64,000 bases of DNA. Source: Spirochaetota bacterium. Lineage in GTDB: Bacteria; Spirochaetota; UBA4802; JAFGDQ01. The stretch is taken from positions 155,617 through 219,616 of the forward strand of contig JAZDKB010000004.1 of the NCBI GenBank assembly GCA_043803405.1, read 5' to 3'. The position numbers and the translations under genes were made by a program. The notes under the pieces were generated by a model. It saw only the letters and a program-made list of their open reading frames with translations, did not search any database and was not told the origin of the DNA. Below are positions 62,801 through 64,000 of the stretch, one piece after another; the first letter of the stretch is position 1, and the number at the start of each line of letters is the position of its first letter.

Positions 62801-62977
62801 AAACAGGGCAAAAAGGTTGTAGTTAATCCCGTTCTATGCAAAGGAGATGGGCTCTGCAACTCAAAATGTCCAACCGGAGCCATTTCATTAAAGCATTTTA
62901 CAGATGAACAGATAGAATGTGAAATTGACGCTTTGACAGAAGAAGAAGAGATTGTGAAACAAATCGATGCAGCTTAA
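59846..62977 (+). CDS. hdrA: Selenocysteine-containing large HdrA-like flavo-Fe-S protein (BamE-like); Sec at 60074-60076
   Basis: ORFs 59846-60076 and 60242-62977 join in frame through TGA, reading [19 protein letters not shown]; two GGG.(S/A)G FAD motifs, QC.G.R, CS.VCC, terminal ferredoxin. Confidence 0.92.
60091..60110 (+). promoter_or_regulatory. Putative SECIS hairpin of hdrA/bamE
   Basis: GCTGGTCG-AGGT-CGGCCGGC stem-loop (with G-U pairs) 14 nt after the UGA. Confidence 0.7.
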
Positions 62978-63034
62978 TGTATAGATTACAAATGAAAGCT
63001 ACTTCTAATTTATTTAAATAAGAGGTGAAAACAA

Positions 63035-63889
63035 ATGAGTACTGGTAAATTTAAACCAAGAATAATTGCTTTCGCGTGCAATTGGTGAGCATACGGTGCT
63101 GCTGACCTGGCTGGAGTTTCCAGACTGCAATATTCAACTGAAATGAGAATTATCCGTGTAATGTGCTCTGGCAGAGTGGATATGGCGCATGTACTTAGAG
63201 CATTTTCAAATGGTATCGATGGTGTGTTTATTGGTGCCTGCCATCTGAATGAGTGTAATTATATTACTCACGGCAATTACCAGACACAAAACATGGTGTT
63301 ATTATTAAAAAAAATAATGGAACATATCGGATTTAATCCAAAAAGATTAAGAATGCAATATATGTCCGGTGCTGAAGGAAATGTTTTTGTTGAATCTTCA
63401 AACGATTTTATAAAAACTATTAAAGAGCTGGGACCTTTTGGAAAAGGCGAAGGGGAAGACGTAAAAAAAATAACATCGAAACTCGCAGATATCTCAAAGC
63501 TGGTTCCATACATTAAGGTATCCATGAATGCCAAACTGGCAAAACGTCTTGTGAAGGCTGAAGAGGATTTCGAAGAGTATGAAAAGGTTTTCACAAAAGA
63601 CGAGATAGAAAAGCTGTTTGCCGAAGTACCTGCTTACTATATCGAACCGGAGAAATGCCAGGCATGTATGACCTGTGCCAGAAGATGCCCTGCAGACGCG
63701 ATCATAAGTGCCAAGCAGGAAGTGCATATAGTTGATCAGGATAAATGCATAAAATGCGGGACATGCATTGAAGCTTGTCCGCCGAAATTCAAGGCAATTA
63801 CAAAGATAGTTGGTGCACCTGTTCCGCCGCCGCTTCCTGAAGGGAAAAGAGCTGTTGTTAGAAAGAGTAAAGAAAAAGAGGTTGCATAA
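63035..63889 (+). CDS. mvhD: Selenocysteine-containing MvhD-like [2Fe-2S] protein with C-terminal 2x[4Fe-4S] domain (BamF-like); Sec at 63086-63088
   Basis: ATG 63035 (GAGGTG RBS) reads FACNW-U-AYGAADLAG and continues in frame into ORF 63143-63889 (RVMCSGRV, ACHLNEC; CQACMTC/CIKCGTC). Confidence 0.92.
63108..63127 (+). promoter_or_regulatory. Candidate SECIS hairpin of mvhD/bamF
   Basis: CTGGA-GTT-TCCAG core, extendable with a bulge, about 20 nt after the UGA. Confidence 0.5.
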
Positions 63890-63892
63890 CCT

Positions 63893-64000
63893 ATGACAGA
63901 AGCAGTGATAAATTTAAATGATAAGAGTTATAATTTTAGTAATGCCATGGTAGCAGTTGGGGGAGTTGATGTTTGTTATTGCTACCAGTGCGGTAAATGC
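63893..64000 (+). CDS. N-terminus of an HdrC/BamD-like Fe-S protein (truncated by window end)
   Basis: ATG three bases after the mvhD stop; reads MTEAVINL...GGVDVCYCYQCGKC. Confidence 0.7.
   Translation, partial: MTEAVINLNDKSYNFSNAMVAVGGVDVCYCYQCGKC

Noticed and set aside
52711..63889. Pseudogenes or split genes for fdh, hdrA and mvhD
   Set aside because: Each break is a single in-frame UGA at a conserved Cys/Sec position with a downstream hairpin; selenocysteine recoding explains all three.

Overview
AT-rich bacterial chromosomal segment. The host is most plausibly an anaerobic, diderm Spirochaetota of the Leptospira-related lineage. This is inferred from a Leptospira/eukaryote-type IMP dehydrogenase, an FlcA-like TPR protein, LptF, PilZ and bactofilin genes. 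The first ~44 kb is mostly housekeeping: tRNA-Lys(CTT), lepB-ftsI-maf, a four-gene two-component cluster, lgt, etfBA, acyl-CoA dehydrogenase, panB, a YchF-like ATPase, guaB, a liv operon split by an insert, pyrBC and a CNT transporter. Several REP/MITE-like palindromes and 21-bp tandem repeats are scattered through it. The last ~17 kb is a Mo/W-selenium redox island. It carries two FdhD paralogues, an archaeal-type MobB, MoeA, a radical SAM/SPASM enzyme and a cytoplasmic selenocysteine formate dehydrogenase. It then continues into a class II (tungsten) benzoyl-CoA reductase-like operon: bamB, bamC, HdrA-like bamE, MvhD-like bamF, and a probable bamD/hdrC-like gene cut by the window end. Three genes that the ORF track splits or truncates (fdh, hdrA/bamE, mvhD/bamF) are single selenoproteins, each with an in-frame UGA at a conserved Cys position followed by a SECIS-like hairpin. 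All family assignments come from motif recognition and recalled sequences; no database search was run.
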